In this document: positions 55,859 to 64,000 of the stretch, piece by piece
How the letters are laid out: every line of letters starts with the position of its first letter
How positions within the stretch are numbered: position 1 is the first letter of the stretch
Assembly (NCBI GenBank): GCA_963727445.1
Contig: CAVSGI010000010.1
Span: 416,001 to 480,000 of the forward strand
Reading direction: 5' to 3'
DNA: 64,000 nt
Source: an uncultured delta proteobacterium
GTDB taxonomy: Bacteria > Myxococcota_A > Polyangia > Polyangiales > B10-G4
The notes under the pieces: model-generated
Told to the model about the DNA's origin: nothing
Database searches by the model: none
What the model saw: only the letters and a program-made list of their open reading frames with translations
Position numbers and translations under genes: made by a program

Positions 55859-56644
55859 TCAGAACCCGAAGAAGACGTCGAAGGTCGGCATGAGGTGCGT
55901 GCGTACGCCGACCGGGTAGCGGCCGGTGACGACGCGGTAGCCGAGGGAGAGGCCGAAGCCTCTGCCGGGATGCCACGCGAGGGACGCGCTGTGCTCGAGG
56001 GTGTAGCCGTGGGGGACGACGGGGACGCTCGTCAGCCGGAGGTCGGCCTGCCAGGCGAAGTCGTCGCCGAGCATGCCGTTCACGGCGACGCCGACGTAGG
56101 TCGTGCCTTTCGTCGAGGCCGCGCCGAAGCGGGAGTAGAGGAAGGGGAAGTCGAGGACGATGGGGTCGCCGTCGCTGAGCCGTGGCGCGACGGAGAGGCC
56201 GAGCTCGAGCGTGTAATGCGTCCGGTCGTCCGGGGCCGAGACGGTGACGAGGAACGACGTGTCGAGACCGAGGATGGTCGGGACGTTCGTGTTCGCGGGC
56301 AAGAGGCCGAGCGTCCCTTCGCGCGCGAAGGTCGACATGAAGAGCGTCGGATAGGACAGGCGGTGCCAGGTGGAGAGCGAAACCTGGCGGCCGTGGATCC
56401 ATCGGATCTTCGCGTCGAGGTGCGGCAGCGCGATCTCGAGGAGCGGATGCGCGGCCAGCTCGATGTCGTCGGTGACGCCCCAGCGGATCGGATGGAAGAG
56501 GCCGGCTTCGATGCGGCCCTGGGGAATGGTGAACGCGGTGTTCGACGACCAGAGACGCGCCGAGGCGGGTGGGCTCTGCGCGGCGGCGGGCGCCGTCCAG
56601 AGGAGGGCGCTGGCGAGCGTGATGCCGAGGAGCGCGCGTCTCAC
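55859..56644 (-). CDS. Hypothetical outer-membrane beta-barrel protein
   Basis: Signal peptide, amphipathic strands, terminal Phe. Confidence 0.65.
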   Translation of the reverse strand: MRRALLGITLASALLWTAPAAAQSPPASARLWSSNTAFTIPQGRIEAGLFHPIRWGVTDDIELAAHPLLEIALPHLDAKIRWIHGRQVSLSTWHRLSYPTLFMSTFAREGTLGLLPANTNVPTILGLDTSFLVTVSAPDDRTHYTLELGLSVAPRLSDGDPIVLDFPFLYSRFGAASTKGTTYVGVAVNGMLGDDFAWQADLRLTSVPVVPHGYTLEHSASLAWHPGRGFGLSLGYRVVTGRYPVGVRTHLMPTFDVFFGF

Positions 56645-57741
56645 GGCAGCGCGAGCTCCGCGGTGACGGGGGCGTGGTCCGACAGCGGCATCGTCTCCAT
56701 CCCCGTGCGGCTGTCCTGGTGCACCACGCCGGATCCGGGGACCCAGGCGCCGTTCGTGAAGAGGTAATCGAGCTGGCGATTCCAGAAGCCGCGCCCGTCC
56801 ACTGTATGCGAGAAGTAGGCGGCGTTGTCGGCGGCGTAGTCCTCGGTGGGGACGAAGGGCGCGTAGCTCGCGTAGAGCGCGTCGAGCCAGCCGACCTCGG
56901 GACGATAGTCGTCGGCGACGAACTCCTCGTCGGTGCAGACGGAGTCCGGGAAGTCGAAGAGCTCGTCGGTGCCGGGCGGTAGCGTGTTCAGGTCACCGCC
57001 GCCGATGACCAGCGCCCCTTCGGCGTCGAGGCGATCCATCTCTTCGCGCAGCCGGTCGATGTGCGCCCGTTTGGTCCCGTCCTCTCCGTAGGCGTCGGTG
57101 TGCACGTTGACGACCCAGAAGCTGCGCCCGCCGGGCACCTCCACGCGTGCCCGGAGCACCGCGCGACGCAGATAGAAGTAGCGGGTCAGCGCGCTCTGAT
57201 CGCTCCGGAGCGGAAGGGCGATGCGCGTCGCCTCTTCCAGAGGCCACTTGCTCAAGATGGCGATCCCGTCGTCGATGGGCCCGAGCCCGTCGCTCGGCAC
57301 GTAGTCCGCCTTCCACTGCGAGGCGTAGGCGGCGTAGCGGAGGTCCGTGTGCTCGAGGAGCCACGCGAGCTGATCGACGAAGGCCGATCGCTTCGCGTTC
57401 ACGTCGACCTCCTGGAGCATCAGCACGTCGGGATCGACCTGGCGGATCTTCGCGGCGAGGCCCTCGAGGTTCGCGATCACCTCGCTCCGCTCCATGAGCA
57501 CCCGGTCGCCGAAGCAGTCGAAGAAGAAGTCGATGCGGCCGCCGCCGAATTTGATGTTCCAGTCCATGACGCGGAGCGGTCCGTCGGGCGGCGGCGCCGG
57601 ATCGGCGCCTTCGGCCTCGTAGAGCCTCGCCGGCTCTTCGTCCTCGAAGCCGGTGTGGAAGGGGTCGCAGCCTGTCCCGAGCAGGGCAATCAGCGCAGCG
57701 AGCGCAGCGGCCTTCGAACGATGCCCCTCCACTGTCCGCAC
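56641..57741 (-). CDS. Endonuclease/exonuclease/phosphatase-family lipoprotein
   Basis: WNIK, LQEVD, NVH, GGDLN, LDY, SDHAPV. Confidence 0.9.
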   Translation of the reverse strand: MRTVEGHRSKAAALAALIALLGTGCDPFHTGFEDEEPARLYEAEGADPAPPPDGPLRVMDWNIKFGGGRIDFFFDCFGDRVLMERSEVIANLEGLAAKIRQVDPDVLMLQEVDVNAKRSAFVDQLAWLLEHTDLRYAAYASQWKADYVPSDGLGPIDDGIAILSKWPLEEATRIALPLRSDQSALTRYFYLRRAVLRARVEVPGGRSFWVVNVHTDAYGEDGTKRAHIDRLREEMDRLDAEGALVIGGGDLNTLPPGTDELFDFPDSVCTDEEFVADDYRPEVGWLDALYASYAPFVPTEDYAADNAAYFSHTVDGRGFWNRQLDYLFTNGAWVPGSGVVHQDSRTGMETMPLSDHAPVTAELALP

Positions 57742-57748
57742 GTGCGCC

Positions 57749-59125
57749 TCAGGGCCCGATGGGGTCTCCGGGACAGGTCGTCAGGATCTCGAGCTCGCGG
57801 TCGGGAGACGCGCCGAGGAGCGCGCAGCTCTCCGGACAGAGCGCGATGCGCACCAGCTCTTCCATGGGCTCGGGCACGTAGAAGCCGCCGCTGCCACACG
57901 CTTCGGGCCCGCTCACCTGCGCGAGCCAGGTCTCGCGGCCGCCGCGGGTGATGCGGGCGAAGACGGGATCGCCGGTGAGCGGTACCGGCTCGGAGAGCGC
58001 GAAGTCGCAGGCGGTGGCGTCGAGCCGCACCTGGTTCAGCGCATTCAGCAGCTCGGAAGTGGTCCCTCCGCCCGTCTCCACGATGTAGGCGGCGCCGGTG
58101 TCACCCGCGATGGCGATGCGGTCGAGATTCATCTGGGCGAAGGGTCGCTCGCCCGGGCCGAAGACACCGATGATGAAAGTCTGCACGGACGCAGCGTCGA
58201 CCCCCATCCGCGCTACCTCGGCGATGTTGTCGATACCGCGCTCGAAGCCGGCGCGGAAATCGGGATCGCAGGAGGTCGGGAAGCCGTCGGTGGCGACGAC
58301 GACCACCACCTTGTGGGTGGGGTTGTCCCGCGCCCACTGGACCGCGCCTTCCACCACACCCTGGACAGCGGGCAGGGTCGGCGTGCCGCCTGCGTCTTCA
58401 CGCGACACCTCGTGCGCATCGAAGGTCCTGAGGAGCGCGGCGGCACCGGTGTTCAGCTGTTGGATGCCGATGGCCGGCGTCCGGTAGTCGGCGACGTTGC
58501 AGTCGTCGCGGTTGTCGCAGACGCCCATGCGCGTGCAGGGCCCGGTGCCCATCGCGCAGGGGAAGGTGCCATCGAAGCTGCACGAGGGGCCCATGATCCC
58601 GGTGGCGGCGCAGTAGCCGAGGGCGAGGCAGGCGTCTCCCGGAAAGCCGCGGAGCTCGCAGTCGGTGACGGTGTTGCAGAGCACCCCGGCGTCGCGGCAG
58701 GCCTGCGCGGGGATGCAGGCGCCGGGCATCATGCAGCTGCAATCGTTCTCGCAGAGCAGCGGGACTTCCAGCTGGACCTGCGGGAAGAAGGTGAGGGCGA
58801 CGCCGATGCCTTCGGACTCCGGGTCGCGGAAGAAGCCGCGGATCGCGCGGCGGGTCGCCTGCCACTTGGTGGTGCCGCTGTCGATGGGCTCCTGCATCGA
58901 GCCCGAAGCATCGAAGAGCATGAAGACGTCCAGGGGCAGGAGCTGCGCCGTGGCGCCGAAGGCGGTGCATTCCGGGACGTCCACCGGGACGTCGATGGGC
59001 ACGTCGGGGAGCGCATCCATCGCTGCGTCCTCGGGCGCCGGCTCCGGGATCTTCAGACCGGTCTTGCTGCCGCAGGCCGTGAGGGCGAGGGCGCCCAGCA
59101 GCGCGCTGGCAGCAGCCGCCTTCAT
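57749..59125 (-). CDS. vWA-domain lipoprotein with Cys-rich insertion
   Basis: LTAC lipobox; MIDAS DASGS, GTPT, ATDG. Confidence 0.85.
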   Translation of the reverse strand: MKAAAASALLGALALTACGSKTGLKIPEPAPEDAAMDALPDVPIDVPVDVPECTAFGATAQLLPLDVFMLFDASGSMQEPIDSGTTKWQATRRAIRGFFRDPESEGIGVALTFFPQVQLEVPLLCENDCSCMMPGACIPAQACRDAGVLCNTVTDCELRGFPGDACLALGYCAATGIMGPSCSFDGTFPCAMGTGPCTRMGVCDNRDDCNVADYRTPAIGIQQLNTGAAALLRTFDAHEVSREDAGGTPTLPAVQGVVEGAVQWARDNPTHKVVVVVATDGFPTSCDPDFRAGFERGIDNIAEVARMGVDAASVQTFIIGVFGPGERPFAQMNLDRIAIAGDTGAAYIVETGGGTTSELLNALNQVRLDATACDFALSEPVPLTGDPVFARITRGGRETWLAQVSGPEACGSGGFYVPEPMEELVRIALCPESCALLGASPDRELEILTTCPGDPIGP

Positions 59126-60870
59126 GACGCGCGCTCGCGCTTGGCGTTCACGAACTTCACGAATTTCGAAAGGCTCCACGTGTTCGCGACCTTCGCGCGG
59201 TCGACCCAGCCTCGCTGGGCCTGCTGCGCGCCCCACTGCATCCGATCGTACTCTGCCACGTGATGGGCGTCCGTGCTGATGATGAAGGTGACGTCGAGCT
59301 CGCGGGCCCGGATCAGGGCGTCGGCGGCGCAGTCGAGGCGGGGCAACGCCGCGTTGATCTCGATGGCGGTGCCCGTCTCGACCGCCTTCTGGAAGACGGC
59401 GTCGAGGTCGAGGTCGATGCCGGGGCGCTTGCCGATCATGCGCCCGCTCAGGTGCCCGATGACGTTGACCGACGGATCGTCCATGGCGGCGAGGATGCGT
59501 TTGGTCTGCTCGGCCTGACTCAGGTCGAAGTGGGAGTGCACGGCGGCGACGCAGAAATCGAGCGCCATGCGAAAGTCGTGATCGTAGTCGAGCCCGCCCT
59601 TCGGGCCGATGTTGAGCTCGATGCCCTGCATGAGGTTCAGGTCGGGGTACTCCTCGCGGAGGCGCGCGATCTCTTCGCGCTGCGCCAGGATCTCCTCGCG
59701 TGAGATGCCGTTCATCGGCAGGTCTTCGGCGTGGTCGGTGATCGCGAAGTAGCGGTACTCGCGCTCCACCGCCTTTCCCACCACCTCCGCGATCGGGCTG
59801 TGCGCGTCTCCGCTGCGGTCGGTGTGGACGTGGAAGTCGCCCTCGAGGTCCCTCACCTCGACCGCCTTCGGCAGGCGGTCCTCGGCGGCGGCTTCGATCT
59901 CTCCGTTGTTCTCGCGCATCGGCGCCGGGACGTACTTCATCTCCAGCGCTTCGTAGATCGCCTTTTCGGTCTTGGCGGCGACGACCTCGCCGCTCTCCTC
60001 GACGCTCAGGGCGTACTCGTTGAGCGTCCAGCCGCGCTCGATGGCGCGCTGGCGGAGCGCGATGTTGTGGGCCTTGCTCCCGGTGAAGTACATGAGCGCC
60101 GCGCCCATCTGATCGGGCGAGACCACCCGCAGATCCACTTGGAGGCCGGCTTCGGTGCGGATCGAGGACTTCTTGTCTCCGTGGGCGATGACGTCGGCGA
60201 CGTCGGGCAGGGCGACGAAGGCGTCCATCACCTTCTTCGGCGACTTGCTCGCCACCAGGATGTCGACGTCGCCGATGGTCTCGCGCAGCCGCCGGAGGCT
60301 CCCGCAGTACGACGCCGACTCCACCTCGGGCAGCGCCGAGATCTCTTCGACCAGGCGCACCGCCACCGGCATCGCCTTGGCGATTGGCGTCCGGTCCTCC
60401 GACTTGTTCTTGAGGGCCTTGTCGAGCGCGTCCTTGAGCTTCTCCTCGGTCTTCTCCCCGAAGCCGGAGAGCTTTCGGACCTTCTGCTCCTCGATCGCCT
60501 TCTTCAGGTCGGCGATGGACTCCACCTTCAGCTCCTTGCGGAGCTTCGCCACCGTCTTGGGACCGACACCCGGGATGCGCGAGAGCTCGACCACGCTCTT
60601 CGGGAACTTGTCGCGGAGCTTCTCGAGCTTGGCGATCTTTCCCGACTCGACGAACTCCTTGATTTTGGCGGCGGTGCTCTTGCCGATGCCGCGCTTCTTG
60701 GCGAGCTCGGTCGCGCTCATCTCGCCGAAGTCGGCGGGCAGGTTCCGGATGGCCTGCACCGCGTTCTCGTAGGCGCGGACGCGAAAGGCTTGAGGGTTTT
60801 CCTCGTCGAGGATGGTCAGCTCGGCGAGCTCCCGGAACAGGTTGGCGAGGCGATCACGCTCGTGGGCCAT
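59122..60870 (-). CDS. polX: DNA polymerase X / PHP 3'-5' exonuclease
   Basis: [28 protein letters not shown] motifs HVHT..SGD, ITDH, STDAH. Confidence 0.95.
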   Translation of the reverse strand: MAHERDRLANLFRELAELTILDEENPQAFRVRAYENAVQAIRNLPADFGEMSATELAKKRGIGKSTAAKIKEFVESGKIAKLEKLRDKFPKSVVELSRIPGVGPKTVAKLRKELKVESIADLKKAIEEQKVRKLSGFGEKTEEKLKDALDKALKNKSEDRTPIAKAMPVAVRLVEEISALPEVESASYCGSLRRLRETIGDVDILVASKSPKKVMDAFVALPDVADVIAHGDKKSSIRTEAGLQVDLRVVSPDQMGAALMYFTGSKAHNIALRQRAIERGWTLNEYALSVEESGEVVAAKTEKAIYEALEMKYVPAPMRENNGEIEAAAEDRLPKAVEVRDLEGDFHVHTDRSGDAHSPIAEVVGKAVEREYRYFAITDHAEDLPMNGISREEILAQREEIARLREEYPDLNLMQGIELNIGPKGGLDYDHDFRMALDFCVAAVHSHFDLSQAEQTKRILAAMDDPSVNVIGHLSGRMIGKRPGIDLDLDAVFQKAVETGTAIEINAALPRLDCAADALIRARELDVTFIISTDAHHVAEYDRMQWGAQQAQRGWVDRAKVANTWSLSKFVKFVNAKRERAS

Positions 60871-60901
60871 GGCGGGTATGATGCCCGACTCGGAGGCGCC
60901 C

Positions 60902-61979
60902 GTGGACCTGCCCGTCAATCCCCCCATCGAGCCGATGCTCGCCAAGTTGATGAATGAGGTCCCCGACGAGGGGGAGCTGCTCTTCGAGCCGAAATGGGAC
61001 GGCTTTCGCGCCCTCGTCTTCCGGGACGGCGACGAGATATTCATCCAGAGCCGGGACAAGAAGGAGCTGAACCGCTACTTCCCGGAGCTCATCGAGCCCC
61101 TGAAGCGCTCCCTGCCCACGCGATGCGTGGTCGACGGCGAGATCATCCTGATGCAGGACGGCCGCCTCGAGTTCGACGTGCTCCAACAGCGCATCCACCC
61201 CGCCGCGAGCCGGGTGAAGAAGCTCTCCGAGGAGACGCCGGCGCAGTACGTCGCCTTCGACCTGCTCTGCCTCGGCGACGAGAGCCTGATCGAGACGCCT
61301 CAGGTCGAGCGTCGCGCGCGTCTCGAAAAGGCCCTCGAGGGCGCCGAGCCGCCCGTGATGCTCACGCCGATGACCCGGGACACCGACGTCGCCAAGCGCT
61401 GGTTCGTCGAGTTCGAAGGCGCGGGGCTCGACGGGATCGTGGCCAAGCCCGCCGAGCTGGCCTACATGCCCAAGAAGCGGCGGCTCCTCAAGATCAAGCA
61501 CGTGCGCACCGCGGACTGCGTCGTCGCGGGCTTTCGCTGGCACAAGAAGGGCCCGGGGACACTCGTCGGCTCGCTGCTCCTCGGCCTCTACGATGACGAC
61601 GGCGTCCTGCATCACGTCGGCGTGACCTCGAGCTTCAAGATGAAGGAGCGCGAGTCGCTCGCGAAGGAGCTGGCGCCGCTGCGCGAAGACGCCGAGAAGG
61701 ACCATCCGTGGGCCGAGTGGGCGGACTGGGAAACGCGCGCCGAAAACGAGCAGCGCATGCCGGGCTCGAAGAGCCGCTGGAGCGCGGGGAAGAACCTCGC
61801 GTGGAACCCGCTTCGCATCGAGCGCGTCTGCGAGGTGAAGTACGACTTCATGCAGGGCGACCGGCTTCCGGCACGCCACCACCTTCCAGCGGTGGCGCAC
61901 CGACAAGAAGCCCGCCGACTGCCGCTACGACCAGCTCGAAGAGCCGACCGAGTTCGACCTGCGGTCGGTCATGACCTGA
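60902..61979 (+). CDS. ligC: ATP-dependent DNA ligase, LigC type (+1 frameshift near 61864)
   Basis: [34 protein letters not shown]; corrected tail [22 protein letters not shown]. Confidence 0.88.
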
Positions 61980-62056
61980 CGGCGGAGGGGGCGCGAAATG
62001 CGCGTCGAAGCCCGAAGCTCAGCCCAGTGCCCGTGGCGGGATCTTCCCCGACGGGG

Positions 62057-63205
62057 TCAACGAAGAACGTGGCGCACGAGGAATGCGCGGTGGAACGCGC
62101 GCGGCGCGGGCGTCGCCTCCACGCGCGCAAACGCGTCGATGTTCGCTGCCGGGAGCCAGTAGAGGAGGACGTCTTCGTCGCGCGGATCGGGCGAGACCGG
62201 CATGTCCACAGGCATCGTCTCGTCGGCGCTCAGGCGATCCACGTTCGCCGGCAGGTCGTCTGCGACGATCCCATCCCCGACGTCCCCGTCTCCGATGTCC
62301 TCGTCGTCCTCGTCGTCCTCGGGTGCGCCCGCGGCGGCGCCGAAGAGCACCCGCCCCCACGCGCGGTCGAAGGCGCGCCCCTCCTCGCGCGTGAGGCCGA
62401 GCGCGTCGAGCGTTTGGCGCATGTCCGTGTGACCGAGCGCGGGCTCGCCGGTCGGGAGCGGGATCGTCACGCTTTCGCCGACGACCGGCACGTCGACGCG
62501 CGACGCCCGCGTCCCGTTCGGTCCGCGCGTGACGCGCCAGATCGCTGGGAGCCTCCCGATGGTGCGGATGTCGGTGTTCGTCACCACGACGTCTGTGCCG
62601 CGCACCTCGACGCGGAGCGGGAGCGCGGGGGCGGCGGCCGCATTGGGCGCCCAGAGCCGGTAGAAGAGGAGCGGCGCGCGCACGTCGCCGACGCTCAAGC
62701 ATGCGGCGTCGGCGGTCTCGTAGATCCCGATCTCGGCGATCTCGCAGTAGCCGCCCGGGCACCGCCCATCGACGTCGGTCGGATAGCTGCCGCGACAGGT
62801 CCCACCGGCGTGGGCGTGCCACGCGAGCGGCGAGAGGTCGGTCGGCGGATAGTGCTCGGCGATCGCGAGCCCCGCCCCGAGCGTCACGCGCAGGTCGAGA
62901 TCGAGCTCCGCCCCACTTTCCGGGTGGACGTAGAGCACGGGTTTGTCGACCGCCATCGGCATCGCGGCTGGGTGCATGCCCGGACCGGCGGCGACCTCGA
63001 AGCTGCCTTGCCGGACGGCGATCAAGCCCCACTCGTGGAGGTCGTACGGCGCGGCGACGGAGGGGGGCTCCGTCTCGTGTTCGGCGGTGGGCGTCGAAGG
63101 CGACTCGACGTCGGGCCCGGCTGCGGGAGGTTGGCACCCGCAGGCGGCGCCGAGCATCGCCACGACGAGGGCCAAGACGAGCGCGAAAGCGGAGAAGAGA
63201 CGCAT
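62057..63205 (-). CDS. Hypothetical secreted protein or lipoprotein (HEWG...KPVLY motif)
   Basis: Signal peptide with Cys; YDLHEWG, DKPVLYVH, GLTREE..AF..AW. Confidence 0.7.
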   Translation of the reverse strand: MRLFSAFALVLALVVAMLGAACGCQPPAAGPDVESPSTPTAEHETEPPSVAAPYDLHEWGLIAVRQGSFEVAAGPGMHPAAMPMAVDKPVLYVHPESGAELDLDLRVTLGAGLAIAEHYPPTDLSPLAWHAHAGGTCRGSYPTDVDGRCPGGYCEIAEIGIYETADAACLSVGDVRAPLLFYRLWAPNAAAAPALPLRVEVRGTDVVVTNTDIRTIGRLPAIWRVTRGPNGTRASRVDVPVVGESVTIPLPTGEPALGHTDMRQTLDALGLTREEGRAFDRAWGRVLFGAAAGAPEDDEDDEDIGDGDVGDGIVADDLPANVDRLSADETMPVDMPVSPDPRDEDVLLYWLPAANIDAFARVEATPAPRAFHRAFLVRHVLR

Positions 63206-63294
63206 GGGCTCTTCTAGACGTACGAGGACGCCCCGGAGTCTATCCCCTCCGATCAGCCCTCCGCCCGAAATCTCTCTTCATCCGGGGCCAGGCA

Positions 63295-63819
63295 CTAGCC
63301 GCAGTTCCAGAGCGACGGTTGCTCCGCACAGATCGCCGTGCGCTCCGCCGGCTCGACACAGACGCCCGTGAGATCGGCGCCGCCGCAGGTGGGGCTCTCC
63401 ATCACGCACTCGGTGCCGTCGGGGCACATGGTGCCCGCGATGCCCCCGCAGGTGGCCGCGCCGGTCCCGATGCAGAAGCCCATCTCGGACGAGCAGGTGG
63501 TGTTCGCCTGAAAGCACATCTCGTCCGTGTCGCAGTCGCCGCCGGAGGTGCAGAAGCCGATCACGTTGCCGGCGTCGGTGGCGCCGTCGCCAGCCGAGCC
63601 ATCGGCGGAGCCGTCGCCTGCGCTGCCGTCGCTGGCGCCGTCGGTGGTTCCCGTATCCGTGGCGCCGTCACCGGCCGTCGAGTCGGCGACCGTGCTGTCC
63701 GGCGTGCCGGTGTCGCTGGTGGTGCTGTCGGGGGTCCCGGTGTCACTCGCTGGGGTGCTGTCGTCCCCGCACGCGACGAGGAGGGCGATGGCGACTGAGG
63801 CAAGAAAGAGCTTCTTCAT
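63295..63819 (-). CDS. Lipoprotein with D/G/S/T linker and Cys-rich C-terminus
   Basis: LVAC lipobox; TCGGIAG.MCPDG.EC...CGGAD.TGVC. Confidence 0.7.
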   Translation of the reverse strand: MKKLFLASVAIALLVACGDDSTPASDTGTPDSTTSDTGTPDSTVADSTAGDGATDTGTTDGASDGSAGDGSADGSAGDGATDAGNVIGFCTSGGDCDTDEMCFQANTTCSSEMGFCIGTGAATCGGIAGTMCPDGTECVMESPTCGGADLTGVCVEPAERTAICAEQPSLWNCG

Positions 63820-63865
63820 GCGGGGAGCATGCAATGGGCGCCGGGCGGACGGCAAGCCGAAGAGG

Positions 63866-64000
63866 TCAGGGTTCGCGGAGGCAGCGGCCGGCGCGGCACA
63901 CGGCGGCGAAGTCGCCTTCTACCAGGGGGCAGCCGGCGCACTCTTCGACAGCGCAGCCGGCTTCCTCCTGGATCGGCGCGCAGTCGACGCTCGCGCATTC
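63866..64000 (-). CDS. 5'-partial Cys-rich protein
   Basis: Manual translation ECASVDC...CAVEECAGC...CRAGRCLREP*. Confidence 0.5.
   Translation of the reverse strand, partial: ECASVDCAPIQEEAGCAVEECAGCPLVEGDFAAVCRAGRCLREP

Noticed and set aside
60812..63217. 801-aa ligase with a novel C-terminal extension
   Set aside because: Read-through from the frameshift near 61864 into the antisense strand of the next gene.

Overview
A GC-rich bacterial chromosomal segment, most consistent with Myxococcota (Polyangia/Sandaracinaceae-like). That assignment is an inference from a MYXO-CTERM-like tail, GKAD-motif lipoproteins, and vWA, Cys-rich and RCC1 lipoproteins. Left to right: a partial HUH/Y1 (RAYT/IS200-like) transposase that the ORF track misses; an ~18 kb metal/copper region (His-rich ZIP/DUF318 permease, Cys-rich lipopeptide plus ferritin-like enzyme, then leader-tolC-cusB-cusA-LVIVD lipoprotein-copA on the minus strand, with a divergent cupredoxin); acyltransferase; an SdpA/SdpB-like (DUF5819/HTTM) pair; PP2C; a single-TM FtsH; a 4x HhH lipoprotein; asparaginase; an nhaR-linked ABC/HlyD/TolC exporter whose ATPase motifs are degenerate; a 3+3 inverted array of a 32-bp repeat; glnS, nth, cysE and a cyclophilin; many orphan lipoproteins; and a head-to-head polX/ligC pair. 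The strongest candidate system is a signal-peptide-bearing, Cys/His-rich leader ORF ending in a RAPP ribosome-arrest-type motif, followed by hairpins, at the head of a copper efflux operon with no local transcription factor. This suggests CutF/CruR-like translational metal sensing. About ten single-base frameshifts look like sequencing artefacts. No rRNA, tRNA or CRISPR array was recognised.
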